A stretch of 64,000 nt of DNA from an uncultured Gemmatimonadales bacterium (GTDB taxonomy: Bacteria > Gemmatimonadota > Gemmatimonadetes > Gemmatimonadales > Gemmatimonadaceae), in assembly GCA_963793305.1 (NCBI GenBank), contig CAWBZV010000003.1, positions 288,001-352,000 of the forward strand. Reading direction: 5' to 3'. The notes beneath the pieces were generated by a model. It was not told the DNA's origin and did no database searches. It saw nothing but the letters and a program-made list of their open reading frames with translations. Positions 38,704-50,186 of this stretch are shown in pieces (the first letter of the stretch is position 1; each line of letters starts with the position of its first letter). Position numbers and translations under genes: made by a program.

Positions 38704-39567
38704 CGCTATCGTGCGCGCCGTCGTCAGGTAGGCCGTCCGCACGGTGTCCGCGCTCGAGCAGCGCGCGGCAACGGTGACCAAGACACGGGTCTTCTCGTGG
38801 TCCGACGCGATCTTGCGCGCCGCGGTAAGGGTAGCGATCGCGAACGGGTCGAGCGCAGGCCCCGACGTGGGCCCATGCTCGACCGCCGCGATGAGCGCGC
38901 GACTCCGATCGTAGTCGCCGCTGATCGCGCTCACGGCGCCAAAGTACGTATCGCGGCAGTCCTGTGACGCGAAATCGATCTCGTCGGCCGCATCGAGCAG
39001 GAGCTCGGTCCGCTCGTAGTCCGAGTTCATGTGCTTGGCGAGCGACGCGATCTGGCACGACTGGTCGGCGTCGAGCTTGGTTGTGGCGGCGAGCTTCTTG
39101 AGATACGCGCGCTTCGCGCCGTCGGACGCGTCGCTGAGATCAGCGATGACCGCCGAGGGGCCGCCCTGAGCCATGAGCATTGGGAACCGGACCGACGCGA
39201 GCGCGCCAGTCATATGGTCGACCTGCACGAGCAGCTCGCCGAACCAGTCGGCCGCGTAGTGGTCCCATGGTTTCGACATGCCATCGACCGTGTACTTCCG
39301 GTCGAGCATGCCGGCCTTCTCAGAGAAGTCCACGCGACGGGTATGATCGCCGTATTGCTCGATGACGGTCAGCATGCCGCCGGGCGATAGTCGGGCGATG
39401 TCTCTCCCGTCGTCGGTATACCAGACCTCGCCGTCCGCGGTCCAGTCGAGTTTACAGTCGGACGTTATCCACTGCAGATGCCAGTGGTGGTTGTCCGAGT
39501 CGTCGTGCAGTTGGTAGTGGTTGGTCGTCGCGGCACACGCGCCGAGGAGTGCGATGGCGAGTATCAT
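38653..39567 (-). CDS. Lipoprotein with helical SDxxR/K repeats
   Basis: Lipobox LGAC; five repeats such as MNSDYERTELL, IASDHEKTRVL. Confidence 0.75.
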   Translation of the reverse strand: MILAIALLGACAATTNHYQLHDDSDNHHWHLQWITSDCKLDWTADGEVWYTDDGRDIARLSPGGMLTVIEQYGDHTRRVDFSEKAGMLDRKYTVDGMSKPWDHYAADWFGELLVQVDHMTGALASVRFPMLMAQGGPSAVIADLSDASDGAKRAYLKKLAATTKLDADQSCQIASLAKHMNSDYERTELLLDAADEIDFASQDCRDTYFGAVSAISGDYDRSRALIAAVEHGPTSGPALDPFAIATLTAARKIASDHEKTRVLVTVAARCSSADTVRTAYLTTARTIASDAERARALTALIRQQ

Positions 39568-39572
39568 GGGAG

Positions 39573-41454
39573 TCAGTCTCCGCCGCCGCTGACGACGTAG
39601 TGATAGTCGACGCCGCCGCCGAGCGTCGTCAGACAGATATTGAACTCGTGCGAGACCGCCGCGTCGCTGAGCCAGCCGCCGTGCACGACCGCTCGGAGCA
39701 CGCGGACTTTGTCGCTGCTCGATGGCAGATCGGTCGCCGCGTTGAGCGCGAGGCGGGCGATCATGGCATTCTGCGTCGGGTTCGAGCGGCCGCGCGCGCG
39801 TGCCTCGCCGAGCACGGCGAGCAGCACGCGGGTGCGTTCGGAGCTCGACGCCATCGTGGCGGCGGCGGCAAAGAACTCGTGGCGCAGCGCGGGGTCGGTC
39901 AGGGGATCGAGACCGGCGACCGTGCGCAGGACTCCGCCCTTGTCATGGTCCGACGCCATTTTCCCGGCGGAGCGTACGACCTCGATCAGCGTTTGCTCAT
40001 CGCGGTCGCCCCGTCCGACGAGCGCCAGCAGCACGCGCCTGCGCTCGGTACTGGACGCCATCGTGTTGATCGCGCCGAAGAACGCGTGCCGGAGCGTGTC
40101 GCTCGCGCCGTAGCGCTGGCCGATCTCGAACAGCACCTGGCGCTTCGCGGCATCGGACGCGATGGTCGCCGCGGCCTCGGCGATGTCGGCCAGCGCGACG
40201 TAGTTGTTGGTCCAGCCTCCGCCCACGGCACGCACGACGGGCCGCGCCGTCGTCGCCTGAGGGGTCTCCGCCAGAGCCGATACGGCGGGCAGGACGACGA
40301 CGGCAGGATCGACTGTCGGTGTCCCGACTGGGCGCACGGCGGCGATCGTGACGACGCTGAAGGCCGCGACCACGAGCGCACCCGCGATCCGGCGCGCGCC
40401 GAGCGGACCGCGACGCACGGCCGCGTCGAGGATCGAGAGCAGCCGGCCTTCGATCTCCGTCCGGCGGGCCATCGCCAGTGCTGCAGCGGCGGGAGCCGTA
40501 GGCCCATTCAGCGTCTGCACGAGATCCAGGAGATCGCCGGCGTAGCGCGACGGACGCGCGCCTGAGCCGAGCACGAGATCGTCGCACGCGCGCTCGCGCT
40601 CCAGGCGCATACGAGCCGCCGCGAGCCACGCGAGAGGGTGGAACCAGAAGAGCGCGACCGCGCACTGGCCGACGATATGTGTCAGCACATTCGAGTCGGC
40701 GCACGTGCGCCAGCTCGTGCGTCAGGACAAGTGCCCGGCGCTCGTCGTCCCAGTCCTCGGCATCTTCCGGCAGGATGATTACGGGTGCCAGGATCCCACA
40801 CGTCACCGGCACGGCACCCGCGGGGCCAACGCGCAATGTCACGCGGCGATAGACGCCGAGTGGGCGCGCGACCCGCTTGAGGAGCGCCAGCCATTCGGGG
40901 TCGGTCACCGGGACTGCCTCTCGCACAATCGCCCGGACGCGGGCCATGCCGAGCAGCAGCCGGCCGAGCACGAGGAGCACGCCCGCGGCCCATATCGCCC
41001 AGCGGGCATCCCATACGCGCTGCCCAATCCCCACCCCCACCCTGCGATCCACCCTGTGCGGGGCAACGATGTACGCGGTCGCCGAAGGCGCTGCGTACAC
41101 GGGAGCCGCGACCGGCGTCGTCGTGCGATGCACATGCTCGCGCGACCGAACGTGAGCGTGAGTTCGCGGCCGAACGACCGTGACCTCGGGCTCAGCTGCC
41201 GGCGCAGGCTCGGCGATCGCCACAGGTGCGGGGTCGGGCGCAAGGGCCGTCGTCGAGACGAGCACGGGCACGGGCACGGGCACGGGGACTTGCACCGCCG
41301 GCCCGAGTCGAACGACTGCGGGAAGCACGAGCAGTCCGGCGAGCGCCGACGCCCATAGGAGGTGCCGGGCAGCGGCCGACGCCCGTCTCAAGACACCCGC
41401 CGCCGCGAACGCGAACACCAGGATCAGTGTGCCCCGAATGACCAAGTCGAGCAT
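39573..41454 (-). CDS. M56 (BlaR1-like) metallopeptidase; frameshift near 40690
   Basis: SAAARHLLW, HELAHVRR, FWFHPLAW, ERERACDD, Y..DLL. Confidence 0.9.
41262..41285. repeat. (GCACGG)4 microsatellite encoding the Pro-Val linker of M56
   Basis: Four exact hexamer copies. Confidence 0.8.
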
Positions 41455-41456
41455 GA

Positions 41457-41846
41457 TCAGCGCCCCTCCTCGCTGGCGCGCCGAATGAGAGCCGTGAGCC
41501 GCGCGCGCTCCTCTTTGGTCAGCACCCGCGCCGACCCATCGAGGAGCGCCGCCACGGCTTGGGCGGTCGAACCATCAAAGAACGTCTTCACGAGATGCTC
41601 GACTGCGTTCTGTCGCGCCGATTCCTTCGCGACCGTGGGCTTATAGACATATCGCGGCCCGTCCTCGTGATGTTTCACATGGCCCTTGTCCTCGAGCGTC
41701 CTGAGCATCGCCCGCACGGCCGAATAGCTCGGCGGATCGGGCATCTCGTCCATGACATTGGCGACGGTCCCTTCGCCGCGCCGAAACAACACGTTCATGA
41801 TCTGCCGCTCACGGCGGCTCAGTCGGGGCTCTAGCGACTCAGGCAT
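41457..41846 (-). CDS. BlaI/MecI/CopY family repressor
   Basis: LSRRERQIM, YSAVR..LR.LE.KG, RYVYKP, FFDGS. Confidence 0.93.
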   Translation of the reverse strand: MPESLEPRLSRRERQIMNVLFRRGEGTVANVMDEMPDPPSYSAVRAMLRTLEDKGHVKHHEDGPRYVYKPTVAKESARQNAVEHLVKTFFDGSTAQAVAALLDGSARVLTKEERARLTALIRRASEEGR

Positions 41847-41881
41847 GCTAGGTATCTAGCATCATGCTGAAAAACTAGCAA
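41845..41881. promoter_or_regulatory. Tandem putative BlaI operators
   Basis: ATGCTAG-N4-CTAGCAT (41845-41862, perfect) and ATGCTGA-N4-CTAGCAA (41864-41881). Confidence 0.7.
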
Positions 41882-43226
41882 CCCCCACCGGCAGCCTGAC
41901 CGTGGCCACGCAGCCGGCGACCTGCTCACGGTTGGCGAGCGTCACCGTACCTCCATGTGCCTCAGCGATTTGCCGGCTCAGGGCCAGGCCGATTCCCGAC
42001 CCGTTGGGCTTGGTCGTGTAGAAGGGCACAAATAGGTTCGCTGTCGCCCCGACGCCCGGGCCGTCGTCTTCGACCGCGACCTCCACATGTCCGTCGCTGG
42101 CCGCCCAACCAATGGTCACCCCGCCCCCGGTCTCGAGCGCGGCGTCGGCCGCGTTCCGCACCAGGTTGATGAGCATCTGGTCGAGCTGGTCGGCGTCGCC
42201 GAGGATAGTAGTGGGCCCGCCCTCGGCCACGTTCACCGCCAGCCGCGTCTCCATGGCGGTCGCCCGGCGCACCCACGCCCCGACATCCACTTGCGCCACC
42301 TTCGGTGGCGGCAACTGCGCGAGTCGCGCGTAGGACGACATGAACCGCGATAACCCCTCGGACCGCCCCGCGATGACTGTCAACCCGCGCACCACATCAT
42401 CTGCCAGATCGATCGGCGCCGGATCGCGTGTCATGAGCGAGCGGAGGGTATGGGCGATCGATTGAATGGGCGCCAGCGAGTTATTGATCTCGTGGCTCAA
42501 CACGCGCACGAGTCGTCGCCACGCCGCGAGCTGTTCCTCGCGCAGTGTGCGACTCAAATCCGTGAGCACGAGGAGTGTGTGCGGCCGCCCGTCTTGTCTG
42601 AACGTGCTGCGTCGAATTCCCCACCGACCCGCCGGCGCCCCGGGGAACGTGAGATCTTCCACGCGCGGCGCTTCACCTTCGAGCGGCCGATCGAGTCCGA
42701 GCGTCTCGGCACTCTGGCCGAGGAGCCGCGGGGCGGGCACTCCGAGGAGTTTCTCGCCGGCGCGATTGACGAGGCGCAATCGACTCTCGGCGTCGAAGGC
42801 GAACACGCCGAGGTCGATCTCGGCCATCACGGTTCTGAGTAGCGCCGCTGCCTCAAGCTCTCCAAGACGCCACGAACGCAGTTGAGCGCCCAAGAGACTC
42901 GTCTCCATGAGCGCGAGCCCCAACGCGTCCTCTGGCGACGCGGCCGCCGCGCGCATGCTATAGTCGCCCTCGCGCAGCGCCGCGACCATGTTCGACAAGC
43001 TCTGCAGCGGTCGGACGACCTCGTTGCGCACGGCATACGCGCCACCGAGCCAGCAGGCGCCGAGGATGAGCGCGATCGTGACACGCGTGGCGCTGGAGAG
43101 CGGAGTGCTCCATAACCAGAGCACGGCGATCAGCATCGCCGGAGTAGCGGGGATGAGCGCCAGCATCAACACGCGGCGCTCGTGCTTTAGCCGCCTGTGC
43201 GGACGGGGTCGGGGGTCACCGGCCAT
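41862..43226 (-). CDS. Sensor histidine kinase (HAMP/PAS, NtrY-like)
   Basis: SHEINNSLAPI, NLVRNA, DDGPG, FVPFYTTK, GSGIGL. Confidence 0.93.
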   Translation of the reverse strand: MAGDPRPRPHRRLKHERRVLMLALIPATPAMLIAVLWLWSTPLSSATRVTIALILGACWLGGAYAVRNEVVRPLQSLSNMVAALREGDYSMRAAAASPEDALGLALMETSLLGAQLRSWRLGELEAAALLRTVMAEIDLGVFAFDAESRLRLVNRAGEKLLGVPAPRLLGQSAETLGLDRPLEGEAPRVEDLTFPGAPAGRWGIRRSTFRQDGRPHTLLVLTDLSRTLREEQLAAWRRLVRVLSHEINNSLAPIQSIAHTLRSLMTRDPAPIDLADDVVRGLTVIAGRSEGLSRFMSSYARLAQLPPPKVAQVDVGAWVRRATAMETRLAVNVAEGGPTTILGDADQLDQMLINLVRNAADAALETGGGVTIGWAASDGHVEVAVEDDGPGVGATANLFVPFYTTKPNGSGIGLALSRQIAEAHGGTVTLANREQVAGCVATVRLPVGVASFSA

Positions 43227-44572
43227 TACTCTCTAATCGACGATACAACGCGCTTCGGCTCAAGCCGAGGGCCTTGGCGGCGGCACTGACATTCCCGTCA
43301 AACCGGGCCAGCGCCCGTTCTATGAGAACCCGCTCGGCCTCCTCCAGGGTCATATCCTCGAGCCTCGCCGTGGGGCCGCCGGCCGGAGGTCTGAGCCCCA
43401 AGTCGGCCGCCTGCAGTGTATCGCCAGAGGCCATGAGAACGCCCCTTTCTACGGCATTCTCCAACTGCCTGACATTTCCCGGCCAGGTGTACTCCAGCAG
43501 CGCATGCACGGCGCCGTTGTCGAGCTTGAGCCCCCGACGACCATAATGGACCGCATGCCGTTCCAAGAAATATCTCGCCAACGGCAGAATATCATCGCGC
43601 CGCTCGCGAAGCGGTGGCAGAACGATCTCAATAGTGTTCAGCCGGAATAACAGATCTTCACGAAAGCGACCCGCCGCGACTTCGTCCGTGAGCACCGCGT
43701 TCGTGGCCGCCATGATGCGCACGTCCACACGGCGCGCGCGGGCCGAGCCGACGCGCTCGACCTCACGAGTCTGCAGTACCCGGAGCAGCTTCGACTGCTG
43801 CGCCATGGAGACGTTCGCGACTTCGTCGAGAAAGAGCGAACCCCCGTCGGCCAACTCGAATCGCCCCATGCGATCCGCTCTCGCATCGGTGAACGCGCCT
43901 TTGACGTGCCCGAACAACTCGCTCTCGAACACCCCGTCGGCCAGCCCGCCCAGGTTGACGGCCACGAAAGGACGCGCGGCACGACCCGAGGCACTGTGCA
44001 ACCACTGCGCGACGAGCTCTTTCCCGGTTCCATGCTCGCCGGTGATCATCACGTTCGCGTCCGACGGCGCGATCCGCGCCATGAGCTCCAGCACGGGCCG
44101 CATGCGCGGCGCTTCGGCGATCATGAGCGGACGTCCAGGCGTCGGCCGCAACGCCTCGATCTCGCGCTCCAGGCGCCGCCCGGCGCGCAGTGCTTTCGCC
44201 ATTTCGACCTGTCGCCGCACCGTCGCGACGAGTCGCGCGTTGTCCCACGGTTTCTCGACGTAGTCGTAGGCCCCGCGCCGCATGGCTTCGACGGCGAGGT
44301 CGACACTGGACCACGCGGTCATGACGGCAACGGGCAACGTCGCGTCGACGGCCTGTATGCGCGCCAGGAGCTCGAGTCCCTCCTGCCCGGAACGTCGTAT
44401 CGCGGGCGTAATTCAAGTCGATGAGCGCCCCGTCGTACTCCTGCCGGTCCAGCGCCGCGAGGATGCCCGCCGGCGACCGCGCGCTCTCCAGCTCGAAGCC
44501 CTCGGCCTTGAGCAGGAGCGCGAGCGCCTCGATGATGTCGGCCTGATCGTCCGCGATCAGCAGTCGTGGCAT
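43216..44572 (-). CDS. Sigma54-dependent response regulator; frameshift near 44390
   Basis: Receiver LLIADD..IDLNY; GEHGTGKE, ESELFGH, GAFTDA, WPGNVRQL, Fis-type HTH. Confidence 0.92.
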
Positions 44573-47025
44573 TATTCGGAACGTAGCGCGACGACGGGAT
44601 CGACGCGTGCGGCGCGTCGAGCGGGCACGTAGCTGGCAAGCGCCGCGACCACGGCCAGGACCCCCACGACGGTTACCAGCGTACCCGGATCATTTGGCCC
44701 GATGCCGTAGAGCAATGACCGCATGGTCCGGCCGAGTACGAAGGCGCCGCCGGCGCCGATGACGAGCCCGATCCCGACCAACGCGGTCGCACTCTGCGCC
44801 ACGAGGGCCACCACGTCGCCCGCCTGCGCCCCGAGCGCCATCCGAATGCCGAGCTCCGGCGTGCGTTGCGTGACCGAGTACGCGATCACGCCGTGGAGGC
44901 CGAGCGCGGCGAGGACGAGCGCCACGCCCGAGAAGATCGTGAGCAGCGTCATGATGAACCGCTGGCGCGACACGTTCGCCTCCATCCATCCCTCCGCGGT
45001 GCTCAGAGCCCGCACGACAACGTCCGGGTCGACCGCCGCGGCGGCCCGCCGCACGGCACCAACCAGGGCTGCCGGTGACGACGTGGTCCGTACGACGACG
45101 TCACCGACTCCGTATCCGCTCACCCCTACTGGCACGTACACCGCGGGATATGGCTCCTCGCTGAGATCGAATTTCTTGACGTCGCCAGCGACGCCGATCA
45201 CGGTCGTGCGGATCCGGTGCCCGAAGCCGGGATCACCATGTGCCGCATTGAGAACGGTGAGCTCGTGGCCGATCGGGTCGCCGCTCGGCCAGTAGCGCTT
45301 CGCGGCCGTGGCGCTCACGATCGAAGGGACGTTGTCGGCCGTGATGTCGGCCTCGGTAAACTCGCGGCCCTCAATGATCGGAATGCCGATCGTCGAGAAA
45401 TACCGCGGGTAGGTGAGCTCGTAGACCGCGCCGAGTGTATCCGACGCCGGGTCGCGTCCGTCCGGGCCACTCTGCGTGTACGTTCCGCCCGCGCCGAGCG
45501 GGACGTGGTTGACGAACGACACGGATGCGACGCCCGGCATCGAGAGGGCGTCGGACACCCGGCGGAGCAGCGCGAGCTGCGATGGCGGATCGGTGAATTT
45601 CCCCTTCGGCGTCTGCAGGTGGAACCCGATGACGTGCTGGGTATCGAACCCCGGATTGACGGCACGCAGGAGCGCGAAGCTCTTGATGAGGAGGCCGGCT
45701 CCGGCAATGAGCACGACGGAGAACGCGACTTGCGTGGTGACGATTGCGCCCCGGAGCCGCATGCCGCGGCGCGCGGCGCCCGCTCCGCGCGAGCCGGCCT
45801 TGAGCGCGGACACCAGGGCCCCTCGCCCGACCGCGGCGAGTGGCGCGAGCGCACAGATCACGGTCGCGAGCGTCGTCGCCAGCAGGGCGGCGACCAACGC
45901 GCGCCAGTCGACGCTAATCTCATCCAGCCTCGGAATCGTCGCTGGCGCGGCGGCTACGAACGCACGGACTCCAGCGAACGCGAGCGCGATGCCCAGCACC
46001 CCGCCCGCGAGCGCCATGAGGCCGCTCTCGGCCAAGAGCACGCGCGCTATCCGCATGCGTCCCGCGCCAAGCGCGGCGCGAACGGCAATCTCCCGTTCAC
46101 GCGCCGTGGCGCGTACCAGAGCCAGATTGGCAACGTCGGCACACGCGAGGAGCAGGACCAACGCGACCGCGAGGCTCAACACGGCGAATGCCGGCCCGAT
46201 CGAGCCGACGACCTGGTCGCGAAGCGGTCGGACCAGAGCCGACGGCAGCGCCGAATCCGTCGCCGGATACGCCAGCGCGATATTCGCCGCCAGCGTCCTG
46301 AGCTGCCGCTCCGCTTGCTCGCGAGTGACGCCGGACTTGAGCCGGGCGATCGTACGCGCATCCGAGTGATTCGTCCTCTGACTCATCCGGTCGCGCATGT
46401 ACGGCGCGGACGCGAGCGAAGCGTAGACGTTCGCCTGGAGGCCGGGGATCCAGTCCGGATACGCCTGGCCTGCGTCGAGCACGCCAACGATCGTGAAGTG
46501 GTTGATGGTCAGGTCGATCGTTTTTCCAATGACGCGCGGATCGGCCGCGAAATCGTCTGTCCACATCCGGTGCGACAACACCACGACCGGTGGCGCGTCA
46601 GGCCGATTGTCCGCGGGCGTGAGCAGTCGGCCGAGCGCGGGTCGCGCTCGAAGCACTGGAAAGAAATCGTCGCTCACCAATGCGATGAGGAGCGACTCGC
46701 TCCCACCTGGCCGCTTGAATGTCGCGCCGTCGCCCGTGATATAGGCGAAGCCACTGAAGACGTCCGCTTTCTGGCGCATCTCCTCGAACGCCGGGTACGA
46801 CGGAACTGCCCCTTCCCGGGCGGCCTCGCTGGCGCGATTCGTGGAGTACACGTTGACCAGCTGATCAGGCTCGGCGTACGGCAACGGCTTGAGCAGCACA
46901 CTGCCGACAACCGTGAACGCCGCAGTCGTGACGCCAATGCCTAAGGCCAGCGTCAGAATCGCCACGCCGGAGTAGAGCGGCGACCGCGCGAGCGCGCGGA
47001 AGGCTTGTCGCAGATCGTCTCGCAC
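44572..47025 (-). CDS. ADOP/MacB-like ABC permease (copy 2)
   Basis: TLALGIG, LACADVANL, REREIAVR.ALGA, ELGIRMALGA, PARRAARVDP; own GTG at 47025. Confidence 0.88.
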   Translation of the reverse strand: MRDDLRQAFRALARSPLYSGVAILTLALGIGVTTAAFTVVGSVLLKPLPYAEPDQLVNVYSTNRASEAAREGAVPSYPAFEEMRQKADVFSGFAYITGDGATFKRPGGSESLLIALVSDDFFPVLRARPALGRLLTPADNRPDAPPVVVLSHRMWTDDFAADPRVIGKTIDLTINHFTIVGVLDAGQAYPDWIPGLQANVYASLASAPYMRDRMSQRTNHSDARTIARLKSGVTREQAERQLRTLAANIALAYPATDSALPSALVRPLRDQVVGSIGPAFAVLSLAVALVLLLACADVANLALVRATAREREIAVRAALGAGRMRIARVLLAESGLMALAGGVLGIALAFAGVRAFVAAAPATIPRLDEISVDWRALVAALLATTLATVICALAPLAAVGRGALVSALKAGSRGAGAARRGMRLRGAIVTTQVAFSVVLIAGAGLLIKSFALLRAVNPGFDTQHVIGFHLQTPKGKFTDPPSQLALLRRVSDALSMPGVASVSFVNHVPLGAGGTYTQSGPDGRDPASDTLGAVYELTYPRYFSTIGIPIIEGREFTEADITADNVPSIVSATAAKRYWPSGDPIGHELTVLNAAHGDPGFGHRIRTTVIGVAGDVKKFDLSEEPYPAVYVPVGVSGYGVGDVVVRTTSSPAALVGAVRRAAAAVDPDVVVRALSTAEGWMEANVSRQRFIMTLLTIFSGVALVLAALGLHGVIAYSVTQRTPELGIRMALGAQAGDVVALVAQSATALVGIGLVIGAGGAFVLGRTMRSLLYGIGPNDPGTLVTVVGVLAVVAALASYVPARRAARVDPVVALRSE

Positions 47026-47027
47026 GG

Positions 47028-49473
47028 TTACTCCGCCCGGAGGGCGATCACTGGTTCGACGCGTGCCGCCCGTCGTGCGGGCAGGTAGCTGGCCAGGGCT
47101 CCCACGACCATCAGTAGCCCCGAGACCGAGACGAAGGTCACCGGGTCGCCCGACTGGACGCCGTAGAGGAGCGACTGAATGGCCCGTCCGAGCACGAAGG
47201 CGCCGCAGGCGCCGAGTACCAGACCGCCCACGACGAGCACCGACGCGCTCCGTGCGACGAGACTCACCATGTCCGATCCGCGCGCGCCGAGCGCCATCCG
47301 GATACCGAGCTCGGACGTGCGCTGCGTGACGGAATACGCGATGACGCCATAGAGGCCCAGTGCGGCGAGGATGAGCGCGATGACGGAAAAGAGTCCGAGC
47401 ACGGACATCTCGAAACTCCGGCCCGGCGAACCCACCATCGACGCGGGTCAACTCGTCCGATATCCCCGTCGTCGTGGCGAGATTCGGATCGAGCGCATTA
47501 AAGCGCCGCCGGATGATCGAGACGAGCGACTTCGGCGGCACCGTGGTCCGCACGAGGGCCCAAGCGGCCGCGGGCACCGGATGCGTGATCGGCAGATAGA
47601 CCGTTTGCTGTACCTTCTCGTCGAGCGAGAACTTTTTCACCTCACCGGCGACGCCGATGACAATCGCCCGGATGGGCTTCCCGAAGTCTGGATTCTTGTA
47701 GTGCACCGCGCTCGTCACCGTCATCTCGTGGCCGATTGGATCCGCATCCGGCCAGTAGTGGCGCGCGGTGGCCGCGCTCACGATCGCCGGCACGGGCTTG
47801 GCACGGAGGTCGGCGTCGGTGAACTCCCGGCCCCGGAGCATCGGGATATGCATGGTCGCGAAGTATCCCGGGCTCACGACCTCGAAGACCGCGCCGGCGC
47901 TATCGGTCGTGTACTCGCGATTGTCGGGTCCGACCGGCGTGGACGTTGATCCAAATTCGAGCGGAATGTGATTGGCGAAGGCGACCGACTGCACGCCGGG
48001 CACGCGCGCCGCATCCGCGATGCGCTGCATCAGGTCGAGCCGTGCCGCGGGATCCGCGAAACGCGCCTCTGGCGTGTCAAAGTCCCAGGTAATGAGATGA
48101 CTGGGGTCGTAACCCGGATCGACGCTGCGCAGCAGCGAATAGCTGCGGATCAAAAGTCCCGCGCCAGTCACGAGCACGACCGACAGCGCGACCTGGGCGA
48201 CGACGATCATGGACCGAAGTCGTACGCTCCGGCGGTCAGAGCTGGTGCCGCGGCCGCCCGCCTTGAGCGCCGGCAGCAGGTCCCCACGCGTCACAGCGAT
48301 CGGTGCCAGCGCGGCGAGCACGCAGGCGAGGGCAGTCGCCGCGAGCGCCACGGCGAGTGTGCCGAGGTCGAGATGCACTTCATCGAGCCGGGGCAGGTAG
48401 GTCTGCGCGCTTGCCGCGAGCGCCTTGACGCCCAGGAGCGCGATGCCGAGACCTAAGATCCCGGCTGCGGTGGCGAGGACGGCGCTCTCGAACAGCATGG
48501 CACGGATCACGCGCCCACGCGAGGCGCCGAGCGAGATGCGTACCGCGATCTCGCGAGCGCGCCCCGTGGCGCGAACCAGCCCCAGGTTCGCGACGTCAGC
48601 CGTCGCGAGGAGCAGCACGAGCGCGATTGCCGTGGCCAGAACGGTGAGCGCTGGACCGACGCCCTGCTGGACTTCGACACGGAGCGGGTTCAGGCGAACC
48701 GAGAGCGTCGAGTCGGTCGCGGGATACTCGGCGGCCAGGCGCCTGGCGATGGTTCGCATCTGTTGCTCGGCCTGTCCCTGCGTCAAGCCGGACTTGAGCC
48801 GCGCGATCACGCGGGAGTCCGAGTGGCTCGCGCGACTGTTGAGTGCGGCGCTGTTCGGGCTCCGCATGGAATTCATTGGCACATACAGCGCGCCGTCGTT
48901 GTATCGAATCCAGTCGGGATACGCCGCGCCAGTCTCGAGCACGCCGACGACCGTAAAGTGCCCGGTCGAGAGATCGACGTCGCGGCCGATCACGTGGGGG
49001 TCGGCGGCGAAGTAGTTGACCCACATGTCGTGCGTGAGCACGGTGACCGGCGGCGCGCCGGGCCGGTTGTCCTCAGGCGTCAGCAGCCGTCCGATCGCGG
49101 GTCGCGGGCGCAGCACGGAGAAGAAGTTGTCCGTGACCGTCGCGAACCAGATCGTCACGTTACCCTCCGCGCGGTGGAGGGTCGCCGAGCCGCCGGTCAT
49201 GAACGCCATGCCCGTGAATACGTCCTGCGAGCGGTCGTAGTCCTGGAAGTCCGGATACGACATGAGCCCAGTGGTCGTATCGTGCGTCGACGACGAGAGG
49301 ACTGCGACCAGTCGATCGGGCTGGGCGTACGGGAGCGGCGCGAGCAGTATGCCGTTGAATACCGTGAACGCGGCGGTCGAAGCGCCGATGCCGAGCGCGA
49401 GTGTCAGGATCGCTATGACGGAATAGATCGGCGATCTGAGTAGCGCCCGGATCGCTTGACTCACGTCATCCAC
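47028..49473 (-). CDS. ADOP/MacB-like ABC permease (copy 1); frameshift near 47430
   Basis: Same motifs; true C-terminus (PARRAARVEPVIALRAE) lies in ORF 47028-47438. Confidence 0.85.
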
Positions 49474-50186
49474 CCGTCGCGCAGCGTCACGATTCGTTTG
49501 CCCGCGGCCGCATTCTCCTCGGAGTGCGTGACCTGCACGATCGTGGTGCCCCGCGCGTTCAACTCGCGGAATAGCGACATGATCTCGCGGCCTTGGCTGG
49601 AATGCAGATTGCCCGTGGGCTCGTCGGCCAAAATCACCGCCGGCTCAGCAATCACGGCTCGCGCAATGCCAACGAGTTGCTGTTGCCCGCCCGACAGTTG
49701 CTGGGGGTACAGATCTTTCTTTCCCACAATCCCAAACCGGTCCAGCGTATCCGCGACCAATGCCTGTCGCTTTGCGCGCGGGACATCACGATAGGAAAGC
49801 GGAACGTCGAGGTTCTCGGCGACCGTCAGGTCATCCAGCAGGTGGTACTGCTGGAACACGAACCCGATGTGGCGTTTCCCGAGGGCCACGCGAGACTTGT
49901 GGGGCAAGGCGTGCACGCCTTCGCCGGCGAGCCAGTACTGCCCACTCCACCCGGAGTCCAGCATGCCGAGCAGGTTGAGCAACGTGGACTTGCCCGCGCC
50001 CGACGGCCCCATGATCGACACGAAATCGCCCGCGGCTATATCGAGCGTAATGTTGCGTAATACATAGTTGCGACTGCCACCGGCCTCGTACCAGCGCTCC
50101 ACGCCCCGGAGCGCAATCAATGTCTCGCCGGGCTGCGCAACGACGCGCGCCTCCGGCGTGACTTCCGCTTTCTTCGCAAAGATCAC
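49461..50186 (-). CDS. ABC transporter ATP-binding protein (LolD/MacB type)
   Basis: GPSGAGKS, LSGGQQQ, ADEPTGNL, VTH. Confidence 0.93.
   Translation of the reverse strand: MIFAKKAEVTPEARVVAQPGETLIALRGVERWYEAGGSRNYVLRNITLDIAAGDFVSIMGPSGAGKSTLLNLLGMLDSGWSGQYWLAGEGVHALPHKSRVALGKRHIGFVFQQYHLLDDLTVAENLDVPLSYRDVPRAKRQALVADTLDRFGIVGKKDLYPQQLSGGQQQLVGIARAVIAEPAVILADEPTGNLHSSQGREIMSLFRELNARGTTIVQVTHSEENAAAGKRIVTLRDGWMT

Noticed and set aside
41262..41285. Phase-variable repeat in M56
   Set aside because: The hexamer unit keeps the frame and just encodes a Pro-Val linker
44572..49473. Single 1633-aa fused double permease
   Set aside because: An indel near 47430 bypasses the real stop at 47028; the first permease's C-terminus is in another frame and the second has its own GTG
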